From: Cyanobacteriota bacterium
GTDB lineage: Bacteria > Cyanobacteriota > Cyanobacteriia > SKYG9
DNA length: 58,198 nt
Assembly (NCBI GenBank): GCA_025054735.1
Contig: JANWZG010000001.1
Location: forward strand, 1 to 58,198
Direction of reading: 5' to 3'
The stretch's first letter is position 1. The number at the start of each line of letters is the position of its first letter. A model generated the notes under the pieces. That model saw only the letters and a list, made by a program, of their open reading frames with translations, was not told the DNA's origin and did not search any database. A program made the position numbers and the translations under genes. Positions 20,718 through 30,564 of this stretch are shown here, one piece after another.

Positions 20718-21764
20718 CTAGCCGCCCGCATTTACTCCTTTGTACTCGATAATTTTGTGTTGCCGCTTGCGCCAGCGGGTGATGTAAAAATTGATCACCC
20801 CTAAAGCTTCTGGAAATGCAGACAGGGCACAGGAAATTCCCCATGGCACGCTATCAGCCTGGGAAAAGCCTCGCTTTTGAGTATTCAGAATAGTTTTGAT
20901 CGCAGTTAGGGGATAGCGCCCCCACACCAGCAGTGACCAACCATAGGTGGGAACGGCTAACACTAGGGAGGTTAAGGGGATAATGACTCCCCAGAGTAGG
21001 CTTCGGCGCACTTCTTTGACAAACTTGCGTTCCGGCAGTCGTCCATGCATGGACGATACTTGGGCATAGGCATAGCCACAACGCTTGGCTCGTTGCCACC
21101 ACTGGCGCACGCTGTGCATGTCTGCATCGTGAACGGTACTATGGCGATCGATGCGGATCAGCCGCCCCCCAGTTTGCCGTAGTCGCACCCCTAGTTCATC
21201 ATCCTCTGCGGCAATGACCTTGGGGTTATAGCCTCCCACAGCGGTGAAGGTTGCTGCCCGAATCATCACATCACCGCCAAAGCAGCTAATTTCCCCCACA
21301 GGCCCTATGTGCCACTCTACATCACAAATGCGGTTGAAGGGGCTGCGCTCTGGGTAACGTTCTCGTCGCCAACCACAGACGGCTACCACATCGGGTTGTG
21401 CATCCATGACGGCAGCAGCAGCTTCAATCCATCCTGGCAAGACTTCACAGTCACCATCAAAGAATTGCACGTAGTCTACTGTAGGATCTATTTGCAGTAG
21501 GCGATCGAAGCCAGCGTTACGAGCACGAGCAGCCGTGAAGGGAATAGACAGGTCTAAAGCCACAACCTCTACACCACGTTGACGGGCTGCTTCGCAACTG
21601 CCATCGGTGGAACCAGAGTCAACGTAAACGATCGACATGTCATGGGAGCGTTGCGCCACCAGAGAGTCGAGACAGCGAATCAACCGTTCTCCCTCATTGC
21701 GCCCAATTGTAACAACACCAACACGGCTCATAGAGTTATTAGTTACCACTGAATCAGTCAACAC
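20718..21764 (-). CDS. Family 2 glycosyltransferase
   Basis: 348 aa with VGVVTIGRNEGERL, VYVDSGSTDGS, FFDGDCE and C-terminal TM helices. Confidence 0.8.
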   Translation of the reverse strand: MLTDSVVTNNSMSRVGVVTIGRNEGERLIRCLDSLVAQRSHDMSIVYVDSGSTDGSCEAARQRGVEVVALDLSIPFTAARARNAGFDRLLQIDPTVDYVQFFDGDCEVLPGWIEAAAAVMDAQPDVVAVCGWRRERYPERSPFNRICDVEWHIGPVGEISCFGGDVMIRAATFTAVGGYNPKVIAAEDDELGVRLRQTGGRLIRIDRHSTVHDADMHSVRQWWQRAKRCGYAYAQVSSMHGRLPERKFVKEVRRSLLWGVIIPLTSLVLAVPTYGWSLLVWGRYPLTAIKTILNTQKRGFSQADSVPWGISCALSAFPEALGVINFYITRWRKRQHKIIEYKGVNAGG

Positions 21765-22964
21765 CTACTTGGTCTTACCATACCAACTAGACTTGAGGCG
21801 GCGGTTGTACAGCCATTGTCGATTTTCTGGCGAGTCAAACAACCATCGCTCAATCAATTCGCCCCATTTGACCGGAATTTGTAGCCGTTGCCAAGCTTCA
21901 GCAGAGGCCTGGGATAGCGCTTGGTAAAGGCTAGCGTCTGTTTGTAGGGTTTTGATAGCCCTAGCGAGGGCTGTTGGCTGTCCGGCGGGGAAGATTATGG
22001 CGTTAGTCTGGTGGTGAAGTTTTCCTAAAAACATGGGGTGATCGGAGGCTATGATCGGCGTGCGCGAACACATGGCTTCGTAGAGAGTCATGGGGAACCC
22101 TTCTGGATACTCGTGACGACTAGGTACTACCACTGCGTCTGCCTCTCGCATCAGATGCACAACCTGCTTGTGGGGCACCAATCCCAGAAATTCCACTTGG
22201 TCAACAATTCCTAAGCTGGTAGCCTGTGCCTTAAACGCCTCTAGATCACCACGTCCAGCTACCTTCAATCGTGCCACTAGCCCTTGACTTCGCAACTGGC
22301 TAAGGGCATCTAGAATGTCACCTACCCCCTTAGCGGCGATGACTGAGCCGACATACACCAGCTTAAAAGGCTGTGTTGAATCTGGTTGGCTTTTGGGTGT
22401 AAAGTCATCGGGTCGCATGGAGTGGGGCCAATCCCAGGGGATGATTTTATTGGGATTAACCCCGATTGCTTGTAGCGATCGGGCTGAGTTTTCACCATGG
22501 TTGCCCACCCAGTTCACTAGGGGATGGTTGAGCTGGCGTGCCAACAAGAAGCCTTTAAATTTCTCCTTCAGCTTAGTGTGGTTGAAGGAATCAGCTAGTA
22601 ACCCTAGGGTTTTAAACTGCGACTGAATTGCCCAGGCAAACAGCTTGCGGTCAGGGAAGCCAATCGTTACATGGGTTGGATTTTGAGCCGCCACTAGAGC
22701 AGCCAATTCACCAGCATTGATACTACCGGAAGAACCAGCTCCGATCGCGCGCACATCATTTGCTAATACCTTGTTGTAAGGTGCCGGTGTACGGTTACAA
22801 ATCACGGTGAGGTCATCAATTTTCTGGCGGAGATCGCCCACAAAATCTACCGAGTAGCGCTGAGCATAGTAGGTCTCGTCACCACCGGCTGCAAACCGTT
22901 CAAAGGCATCACCATAGTCACCGGCATATTGCAGCATCACTAGCCGAATGCCACTAGTGCTCAT
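21765..22964 (-). CDS. GT4-type (GT-B) glycosyltransferase
   Basis: 399 aa with a C-terminal EX7E-like region (PSRHEYPEGFPMTLYEAMCSRTPIIASD). It abuts the next gene with no gap. Confidence 0.75.
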   Translation of the reverse strand: MSTSGIRLVMLQYAGDYGDAFERFAAGGDETYYAQRYSVDFVGDLRQKIDDLTVICNRTPAPYNKVLANDVRAIGAGSSGSINAGELAALVAAQNPTHVTIGFPDRKLFAWAIQSQFKTLGLLADSFNHTKLKEKFKGFLLARQLNHPLVNWVGNHGENSARSLQAIGVNPNKIIPWDWPHSMRPDDFTPKSQPDSTQPFKLVYVGSVIAAKGVGDILDALSQLRSQGLVARLKVAGRGDLEAFKAQATSLGIVDQVEFLGLVPHKQVVHLMREADAVVVPSRHEYPEGFPMTLYEAMCSRTPIIASDHPMFLGKLHHQTNAIIFPAGQPTALARAIKTLQTDASLYQALSQASAEAWQRLQIPVKWGELIERWLFDSPENRQWLYNRRLKSSWYGKTK

Positions 22965-22968
22965 TGTA

Positions 22969-24087
22969 TTAGCTCCTTAACATCTGGTTGACTTGAGCCG
23001 CCTTACTGCGTTCGATTGCCCGGTATAGACCTTTCTCAAACAAATCCGTGGCATCATCCCAGGTATAGCCGATAACAGTTTCGTAGGCGCGATCGGACAA
23101 CTGTTGCCACTCCTCGTTGGACATCGACAATACCTGCACTAGCTTCTCTGCTAGAGCTTTTGCATCGCCACAGGGAGCCAAATAGCCATTGACACCATCA
23201 ACAATGATATCCAGAGGGCCACCCACTGCCGTTGATACCACAGGACAGCGACAAGCCATGGCTTCTAGAGGAGGTAAATGAAACCCTTCGCTCCAACTGC
23301 CACAGAGCCAAACATCACATTGGGCGTAGATATCACGCAGGGACTGTTGCTCTGGCTTGAGAAAATAGTCTGAATTTGCTGGTAGGGGTAGCTCTGGGGA
23401 TAAAGGGTAGGTGCCAAAAGCAACCATACGCAAATTTGGAATCTTTTGAGATGCCAAGTCAAAGGCTTTCAGGCTGACTGCACAACCCTTCCAGTGAGGT
23501 GTTGCATATAGCATACCTACTGTTGGCACGGGCTGCTTACTGCGCCGGGGGGCATAGAACTGCTCGGTGTCAACACTATTCGGCACAAAGGTAACGTCTG
23601 TGTCCCCATATTCGTCGCGGGCCAGATCGACCAGCCACTTAGAAATTGTAATTTTGTGGAGCGGGAGCCGCCATGTTGCTTTCACTCGCTCCACGGGCAG
23701 ATAGTCGAATACTTCATGATGCTGAAGAAAGTAAGCTTTTGCACCTTTAGCGGGTGACAGCTTGGCGACCCATTCAGCCGTTTCCCACCAAGTGGCGATG
23801 ACGACATCTGCATCTGGTAGATCGGCATCGGTGACAGGACGATCGCGATCAATCACGTAGTGAGGCACATCCACATTGTCCATATGGGATGGCAAACGCT
23901 TTGGATAGGATAACCAACCACGACCCTGGAGTAGTGATTTGACCTGTTCTTTCCATGTTGGTTGATAGTGTGGCACCGAAATCACTGTAACATCATGCCC
24001 TCGTTTCTTGAGACGATCAGCATAGATGGCAACCACCCGGATACCCCCAGCCAATGTTGCTACAGGCAATACAAATGTCACTTTCAT
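22969..24087 (-). CDS. GT4-type glycosyltransferase
   Basis: 372 aa with GSWSEGFHLPPLEAMACRCPVVSTAVGG. Confidence 0.8.
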   Translation of the reverse strand: MKVTFVLPVATLAGGIRVVAIYADRLKKRGHDVTVISVPHYQPTWKEQVKSLLQGRGWLSYPKRLPSHMDNVDVPHYVIDRDRPVTDADLPDADVVIATWWETAEWVAKLSPAKGAKAYFLQHHEVFDYLPVERVKATWRLPLHKITISKWLVDLARDEYGDTDVTFVPNSVDTEQFYAPRRSKQPVPTVGMLYATPHWKGCAVSLKAFDLASQKIPNLRMVAFGTYPLSPELPLPANSDYFLKPEQQSLRDIYAQCDVWLCGSWSEGFHLPPLEAMACRCPVVSTAVGGPLDIIVDGVNGYLAPCGDAKALAEKLVQVLSMSNEEWQQLSDRAYETVIGYTWDDATDLFEKGLYRAIERSKAAQVNQMLRS

Positions 24088-25340
24088 ACAGAAGGATACC
24101 CATCCACAACTGCTTCAAACAACTGCACTAGTTTTCTAGCTTCAATAGATGCACTATGCTCGCGAGCAACTCGCTCCATACCAACGTTGCCCATGTGAGA
24201 CAACTTTTCAACCGATGCTGTTAACACCGATCGCATTGCCTCTGCTAGGTGGCTGACAGAACCCGCGGGCACTAGCCAACCACAAACCCCCGGTTCTACT
24301 AACTCTGGAATGCCTGCAACATAGGTGCTGATGACAGGACGCGCCAGCGCTAATGCTTCCATAATCACCACGGGCAGCCCCTCAGCAAAACTAGGGAGCA
24401 CAAGGGCACGCGCATTTAGCAACTGTTGACGCACCTCAGCGCTACTTGCCCAACCCGTGATCACGATATGATTCTGTAGGTGATATTCGGCGATCGTGGC
24501 CTCAATCTGCCGCCGTAGCGGCCCGTCTCCCACAAAGATCAATTTGAACATTACGCCGTCTAAGGCCAGCTTTGTTGCTGCTTCTAGCAATAGTAGATGT
24601 CCCTTTTGTTCACTCAACCGTCCTACACAAACTAAGATAGGTGCTTCCGGCACAGGCGTATAAGGCTGATTCAAAAACTCATCATCAACTCCACAGTGAA
24701 TGACATGGATCTTTTGCCAATGACGATAGTCGCACCAGCGGTAAAGTTGGCTTCTACCAAAGGAACTGACTGCTACCACAAAGGCAGCATGACGAATCTT
24801 TTCCTCTAGAGCGATCGCCCCTGGTTTGTCAAACTCTTCTGGGCCATGCACAGTAAAGCTATAGGCAGGGCCACCCAGATAACGACAGAGCAACGCTACG
24901 GTTGCTGAATTGGTACCAAAATGCACGTGTACATGCCCAACACCTGATTGTTGAAACCAGCGGAGCAATACACAGGCTTCCGCTAGGTAGGCAACATGCA
25001 GCACCAGTCCCCGCTCAGACTTCAAACCTAGTCGCACTGTGGCACCCACAGTCTTTGCTAGAGACAGTGGTCGGGTAACCAACGCCCAGAGCAGGCCAGA
25101 GAGCAAGCTCAACCCTGCACCTTTCAGCCCACCAGCGAGCACTACTCTGGTTTTTGCTAGCTCTGCTTTGTCGCCCTCGTCTACCAGCTCAGCATCACAG
25201 GCCCGGATGGAGCACCGCAATACCTTGATTCCACAGGCTTCAACTGCAAGGATTTCTCGACGGATAAAACTATGACTAACTTTAGGATACTGGTTGACTA
25301 GATAGGCAACAGTAGAAGCCATCGGTGTTGATTGCGTCAT
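24084..25340 (-). CDS. GT4-type glycosyltransferase (WcaL-like N-terminus)
   Basis: 418 aa with YLVNQYPKVSHSFIRREI and PSFAEGLPVVIMEALALARPVISTYVAGIPE. It has an ATGA overlap with the downstream GT4. Confidence 0.8.
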   Translation of the reverse strand: MTQSTPMASTVAYLVNQYPKVSHSFIRREILAVEACGIKVLRCSIRACDAELVDEGDKAELAKTRVVLAGGLKGAGLSLLSGLLWALVTRPLSLAKTVGATVRLGLKSERGLVLHVAYLAEACVLLRWFQQSGVGHVHVHFGTNSATVALLCRYLGGPAYSFTVHGPEEFDKPGAIALEEKIRHAAFVVAVSSFGRSQLYRWCDYRHWQKIHVIHCGVDDEFLNQPYTPVPEAPILVCVGRLSEQKGHLLLLEAATKLALDGVMFKLIFVGDGPLRRQIEATIAEYHLQNHIVITGWASSAEVRQQLLNARALVLPSFAEGLPVVIMEALALARPVISTYVAGIPELVEPGVCGWLVPAGSVSHLAEAMRSVLTASVEKLSHMGNVGMERVAREHSASIEARKLVQLFEAVVDGYPSV

Positions 25341-25474
25341 GACTCCCTAAATAGTAACCTGTCCATCGTTATCTATTCCCCTCAAATATCGCTGGTTACA
25401 CGACACTTCAATGTTGAATTACAAACAACTTGCTACAATAAGTTAAGATTTGTGACAAAGAGCAGGTATCACCC

Positions 25475-26056
25475 GTGCTGACGACAGAACCGCAGGATCA
25501 AACCCTTCGACCAGATTTGCGCCGATCGCTCACCCGCAGCCACATCAATCCAGCGATGCTGAGTCCATTCCAGCGCATTCTGTTGACGACAGACGGCACG
25601 GTCACTGACATTTTAGAAGCGTACCTGTTTGAGCAAATTCAAGTGGTGAAGCTGGCGGAAGCTCTGCATCCTAGCCCGCAGGCTATTCCAGAGTTGGATT
25701 TACCATCAGGGACGGAAGTGATTGATCGCAAAATTCTGCTCAAAGGCAAAATTAGCCAGCGCCACTTCATCTATGCCGAGTCAATCATTGTTCCTAGTCG
25801 GTTGGATGATCAGTTTCGCCATGAGTTACTAAAGACACGCACGCCGATCGGCAAAATTTGGCTGGATCAAAGGGTGGAAACTTTTAAGGAGATTATCATC
25901 TCTGGCAAAGAACCTGCTCAGGACTTAGCTGACTATTTCAGTATTGCTCCCGATGATTCGTTATTGTTCCGCACTTACCGCGTGATTTCTAATCGTCAAG
26001 CTACAATGCTGATTACCGAAAAGTTTCCCGAAAGCTACTTCCGGCGAGATTTTTGA
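25475..26056 (+). CDS. Chorismate-lyase-like (DUF98) protein
   Basis: 193 aa with a GTG start. It has the LLTTDGTVTDILEAY motif typical of the UbiC/DUF98 fold. Confidence 0.55.
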   Translation: MLTTEPQDQTLRPDLRRSLTRSHINPAMLSPFQRILLTTDGTVTDILEAYLFEQIQVVKLAEALHPSPQAIPELDLPSGTEVIDRKILLKGKISQRHFIYAESIIVPSRLDDQFRHELLKTRTPIGKIWLDQRVETFKEIIISGKEPAQDLADYFSIAPDDSLLFRTYRVISNRQATMLITEKFPESYFRRDF

Positions 26057-26120
26057 TCACCCAAGCTAGGTGAGAGTTCATCTCGGTCGTTAGTAACCAT
26101 CACCGACACCAACTCTTGGC

Positions 26121-27155
26121 ATGTCTGAGACTGTCACCATTGACGACTTTTTCCGAGCACCCGGAGTGATTCTGGATGTCCGCAGTCCGGCTGAATATGC
26201 TGATGGGCATATTCCTGGAGCCGTCAGTTTTCCCCTTTTCAGCGATGAAGAACGAGCGCTAGTGGGTACTTGCTACAAGCAGCAGGGGCGAGACTTGGCG
26301 ATCGAACTAGGCTTAGAACTGGTTGGCCCCAAGTTAGCTACCTTCGTCCGACAAGCTAAGCAACTGACAGCCGATCGCACCCTGCGAATTCACTGTTGGC
26401 GAGGGGGAATGCGCAGCAGCAGCATGGCTTGGTTACTGGAGACGGCTGGTTTTTCCACCACTGTGCTGACGGGCGGATATAAGGCATTTCGCCAATGGGT
26501 ACGCCAAACCCTGGCAATTCCCAAACCTATCCTGACCTTGGGCGGCATGACAGGTACAGGCAAAACTGCTGTGCTGACTGCATTAGCGGCACTGGGTGAA
26601 CAAGTATTGGATTTAGAAGCCTATGCCCATCATCGGGGCAGTAGCTATGGCAGCTTGGGATTGCCCCCACAACCAACCCAAGAGCAGTTTGAAAACCATG
26701 TTGCTCTGGCATGGGCTGCCTTGGATGCTCAGCGCCCAATTTGGATTGAGGCCGAAAGTCGTCGGATTGGACTGTGTCGTATACCCGATGAGTTATTTCA
26801 GCCCATGATGCGTGCGCCGGTAGTGCAAATTGTTCGATCGCGGTCTGAACGCATTGCCCTGTTGCTAGCAGAATATGGCTCTGCAGACCCTGAAGGCTTA
26901 GTCGCTGCAACTGAACGTCTGCGCAAGCGGTTGGGTGGTCTGCGCACTCAACAAGCTGTGGAGTTTATTCGCACAGGACAGCTAGCCGCTGCGATCGACC
27001 TAGTGCTGGATTATTACGACAAAACCTACACCTATGACTTGCAAAAACGTCAAGTCCCGATTTACACAATCAACGCTACTGGGTTGGATGCTCAACAAAC
27101 TGCTCAACTGCTAACCGAGAAAGCCGCCTTTGGTCATTTTCAAAGGGAGAATTGA
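26121..27155 (+). CDS. selU: tRNA 2-selenouridine synthase
   Basis: 344 aa. It has a rhodanese domain with active-site CWRGGMRS followed by a P-loop (GGMTGTGKT), which is the SelU/MnmH (YbbB) architecture. Confidence 0.9.
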   Translation: MSETVTIDDFFRAPGVILDVRSPAEYADGHIPGAVSFPLFSDEERALVGTCYKQQGRDLAIELGLELVGPKLATFVRQAKQLTADRTLRIHCWRGGMRSSSMAWLLETAGFSTTVLTGGYKAFRQWVRQTLAIPKPILTLGGMTGTGKTAVLTALAALGEQVLDLEAYAHHRGSSYGSLGLPPQPTQEQFENHVALAWAALDAQRPIWIEAESRRIGLCRIPDELFQPMMRAPVVQIVRSRSERIALLLAEYGSADPEGLVAATERLRKRLGGLRTQQAVEFIRTGQLAAAIDLVLDYYDKTYTYDLQKRQVPIYTINATGLDAQQTAQLLTEKAAFGHFQREN

Positions 27156-27228
27156 TGATTGCTACATAGTCAATCTGTCGTAGGTTATAGCAGTGCACAA
27201 GGTGACGTAGAGCCAGCACGGAGGTCAA

Positions 27229-27850
27229 GTGGCCTATAGTGACTTTACCCTAGAGATGGTGGTTGACCAGTTTAAGTTGACGATTCGAGAAACGTCAGCG
27301 CTGATACAAAGCCAGCCTGTGCAACCGACGGATTTGCTTGTTGCTATTCTGAAGTGGGAATTTGCCTTGGGCGATCGCAGTTGGGTCTGAAATTGCCCGC
27401 TATAGCGGCATCATTACTCAAGTCTTGCTGGATGTGCGGGCGCTGAGGCAAGAGCAAATCAGTGTTTTTGCTGGCAGAGAGTTCAATGTTGACCCTGCCC
27501 AGAAGCTCACTGGCTACTGTAATTTTTTGATTAGCCTTAGCCCGATTCAATCCATCATTCAAGCACCTGTGGTCATGATTGCTGAAGCAACGGGCGGCAT
27601 CTTAGAAAATGGTCTAGGGCAATGTGCAGCCATGATAGTCGCTGCGCAACAGTTTAACCACAACCACAACCTTGCCATTTCTACTGTCTATGGCTGTGTG
27701 ACGAATGGCAGCAATTGGAAATTTTTGCAACTTGTAGGTACCGAGCTGACCATAGACATTACTGAGTATGACATTGTCAACATCGAGCACCTGCTGGGTA
27801 TTCTGCTAGCGATGGTTACTCCCTCTGAACCGGTGGTAGGGCTGGTATAG
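27229..27850 (+). pseudogene. Frameshifted PD-(D/E)XK-like conserved cyanobacterial gene
   Basis: Frame 1 starts at GTG 27229, preceded by GGAGG, and reads VAYSDFTLEMVVDQFKL...LKWEFALGDRSWV to TGA 27388-27390. The family continues in frame 2 (track ORF 27362-27850: SEIARYSGIITQVLLDV...GYCNFLIS...VVMIAEATGG...GQCAAMIVAAQQFN). The shift maps at or near the HIP1 site 27371-27378. Confidence 0.5.
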
Positions 27851-27857
27851 TCTGTAG

Positions 27858-27889
27858 TTCGTAGTAGGGACTTAAATCCTTACCACGAA
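27858..27889. repeat. Imperfect hairpin TTCGTAGTAGGGACTTAAATCCTTACCACGAA (GGACT-NAA-GTCC family)
   Basis: Read directly, 8 nt after the stop at 27850. Outer arms are TTCGT/ACGAA and inner arms are GTAGGGA/TCCTTAC, with one G-U pair and one mismatch. Confidence 0.5.
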
Positions 27890-28055
27890 GTTCAGTCCCA
27901 CATATGCTTCGGCTAGCACCTGTGGTAACCTGTGCGATCGTTGTGCAGACTACCATTTTTGGTCACTATCTAGTAGACAATCGGCCTATCAAAAATCGAA
28001 AGACTTTCTTAGAAGACTTTCCTGCTTGTGTATCCCTTATCGCACAGTTCTACCT

Positions 28056-29366
28056 ATGACAACAGAATCATTAGTTATTGACCAGTCTCAAGCTGAGGAA
28101 GATTATCCACTTTCCCCAGTGCCCATGAGCGCTCGTCGCCCCATTTGGTCGTTGGCACCACTGTTAATGGGCTTTACTCTCACATCCACGACTCTATTTG
28201 CAGGCGGCAAACTCGGCAATGCCTTCAAGTTCACTGACATTATCTGGATCACGATCGTAGGCAATCTTCTCCTGGGCATTTATTGCGCAACCCTCGGTTT
28301 TATTACAGCCCGTAGTGGGTTGAACACAGTCCTCATGGCCCGATTTAGCTTTGGCAATATTGGTTGCCGCTGGGTCGATTTTATTCTCGGTTTTACCCAA
28401 ATCGGCTGGTTCGCGGTCACCAATGCCTTCGTTGCTGATGCTCTCAACACCCTAGTGGGAATGCCAAAATCTCTCAACTGGCTGGTGATTTTATTCGTCA
28501 CTTATGCATTTTGTGCTACTGCCTACTTTGGCTATACTGCAATGGATTGGCTCAGTCGCCTAGCTGTGCCTGCTATGTTGATCTTGATTGGCATCAGCAT
28601 GACGATCGCCACCAAAGATGCTGGTAGCTTTGCCCAACTGCAAGCGATTACCCCTAAAGAACAACTGGCAGCAGGTGCCGCCCTTGCCGTCGTCATTGGT
28701 TCGTTTATTTCTGGGGGCACCCAAGCTACCAACTGGAGCCGTTTTGCTGATACCCCCAAAAACGCCATCTTGAGCACCCTGGCTGCTTTTACCTTTGTCA
28801 ACGGTAGCCTCGTCTTCATTGGTGCCTTTTGCACCCTGGTTTATGGCAGCCAAGACATTGTAGAAGCCATGGCTAAGCAGGGTATTCTGTTCGCGGGCTT
28901 GATTCTTCTCATCCTCAACGTGTGGACAACCCAAGACAACACTATTTACGCCTTCTCTGTGGCAGGGGCAAACTTCTTTCGCAATAGCAAGCGCAACTTA
29001 TTCGTGTTGGGTGGGGCAACCTTAGCCTTAATTCTGTCCTTAGCTGGCATCTACAGCCTACTGATTCCCTATCTGATTTTTCTAGGTGCCGTCATTCCTC
29101 CCGTGGGGGGTATTGTCATGGTAGACTTTTGGCTACGTCATCAGGGCCAGTTTCCTCCCCTAGAGTCCAGGCTACCAGCCTTCAACTGGGCTGGTGCAAT
29201 TGCCTATGTGGTTGCTTCGGTAGTTGCCTATCTATCGGGGCAGATGAATCTTGGGGTGGCTCCTATTAATGGTATTGTCGTAGCGGCTATTCTCTACGCC
29301 ATCTTGATAAAGATGATTCCTCAGCCAATTCGAGAGCCAGTTCAAGAGCCAGTTCAAGAGAGCTGA
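28056..29366 (+). CDS. NCS1-family purine/cytosine permease (CodB-like)
   Basis: The start is placed at ATG 28056; the track ORF starts at TTG 28026. It has about 12 TM helices and NCS1-like segments (FAGGKLG, LMARFSFG, GGTQATNWSRFA). Confidence 0.7.
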   Translation: MTTESLVIDQSQAEEDYPLSPVPMSARRPIWSLAPLLMGFTLTSTTLFAGGKLGNAFKFTDIIWITIVGNLLLGIYCATLGFITARSGLNTVLMARFSFGNIGCRWVDFILGFTQIGWFAVTNAFVADALNTLVGMPKSLNWLVILFVTYAFCATAYFGYTAMDWLSRLAVPAMLILIGISMTIATKDAGSFAQLQAITPKEQLAAGAALAVVIGSFISGGTQATNWSRFADTPKNAILSTLAAFTFVNGSLVFIGAFCTLVYGSQDIVEAMAKQGILFAGLILLILNVWTTQDNTIYAFSVAGANFFRNSKRNLFVLGGATLALILSLAGIYSLLIPYLIFLGAVIPPVGGIVMVDFWLRHQGQFPPLESRLPAFNWAGAIAYVVASVVAYLSGQMNLGVAPINGIVVAAILYAILIKMIPQPIREPVQEPVQES

Positions 29367-29425
29367 TCAAGCATCGCAGACAAGCTGTCACTATCAGCTT
29401 AGGAACACAACCTAGTAACACCTGT

Positions 29426-29459
29426 GGTCATGGAGTAGTGTCTCTGTGACCTTTTTTTT
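29426..29459 (+). terminator. Intrinsic terminator after the permease gene
   Basis: GGTCATGGAG pairs with CTCTGTGACC (10-bp stem with two G-U pairs, loop TAGTGT), followed by T8 (29452-29459). Confidence 0.7.
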
Positions 29460-29493
29460 GCAAAATGTTTTGTGAAAAATGCTGCGTCAAGAT

Positions 29494-29515
29494 TTAATCA
29501 TAACGTTATGATTAA
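29494..29515. promoter_or_regulatory. Candidate parS / par operator: perfect 22-bp palindrome TTAATCATAACGTTATGATTAA
   Basis: Read directly, 27 nt upstream of the parA ATG. Its 20-bp core TAATCATAACGTTATGATTA recurs inside parB at 31068-31087. Confidence 0.55.
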
Positions 29516-29541
29516 CTCAACAACCTACTACACCTGAGCCT

Positions 29542-30297
29542 ATGAGTCGGGTAATTGCCCTGTTTAACCAAGCGGGAGGCGTAGGTAAATCTAGTGTGAC
29601 GATGAACCTAGGCTATAGCCTCGCTCAGCACGATCGGCGTGTGTTATTGGTAGACCTTGACCCCCAAGCTTCCTTAACTCTATTCATGGGGCTAGAACCC
29701 TCAGAATTGCAACAAACCATCTACGAGTCCTTGCTGGAAGACAAAGAACTGGCTATTCACAGCAATCTGCACGGCATGGATCTTGTACCAGCCAACATTC
29801 GCTTGAGTGGGGCTGAACTGGAACTGGTTACTGCTGACATGCGCGACCTACGTCTGAAGGAAGCCTTGAGGCCAGCCCAAAAACACTATGACTTCATCTT
29901 GGTGGATTGTCCTCCTAGTCTGGGAATTCTAAGCTACATTAGCTTGGTAGCAGCCCACTATGTGTTGGTGCCTATCCAAACGCAATACAAGGCGTTTTGT
30001 GGTACGGAAATGTTACTGAGCACAGTGGCGCGGGTACGATCGCGGGCTAACCGCACTCTCAAAATAGCTGGTTTTATCCCTACAATGTACACTGCTCGTA
30101 ACTCTCAGGATGTGCGGGCCTTGGAGGCCATTCAACAGCAGATGGCTGAGTTTGGGACGGTGTTTGCACCGATCGTCCGTGCTACTGCCTTTGCTGATGC
30201 TGCCGAAGCCCACCAACCCTTAGCCATCTACAGTCCTCGCCATCCATCCCTAGAAATCTTCGATGACATTGCTACCTACTTAGAAAGCCTATCTTAG
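29542..30297 (+). CDS. parA: ParA/Soj-family partition ATPase
   Basis: 251 aa with a deviant Walker A (FNQAGGVGKSSVT), LLVDLDPQ and ILVDCPPSLG. Confidence 0.9.
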   Translation: MSRVIALFNQAGGVGKSSVTMNLGYSLAQHDRRVLLVDLDPQASLTLFMGLEPSELQQTIYESLLEDKELAIHSNLHGMDLVPANIRLSGAELELVTADMRDLRLKEALRPAQKHYDFILVDCPPSLGILSYISLVAAHYVLVPIQTQYKAFCGTEMLLSTVARVRSRANRTLKIAGFIPTMYTARNSQDVRALEAIQQQMAEFGTVFAPIVRATAFADAAEAHQPLAIYSPRHPSLEIFDDIATYLESLS

Positions 30298-30564
30298 CTG
30301 GTAGACACTACGTTAACCCCCAAGGGAACTGCCCATGAAAACGTTAGCAACCATCCCCTTGTGCCTGATCCAACAGTTTCCTACACCTTCCGCAGCTACT
30401 TTGAACTGCGGTTTGCTCCGTCTGAATATCTTGGCAAATTTGGCTTTTACCTTTAAGCGCGACCACCTCAAGTTGCCTCAGTCCGGTCTGCGGACGATCG
30501 CTGACCTTCAGCAACGTACCGCCACGTGTCTTTCCTATACCGAGTCCCCAATGACCTCAGAACC

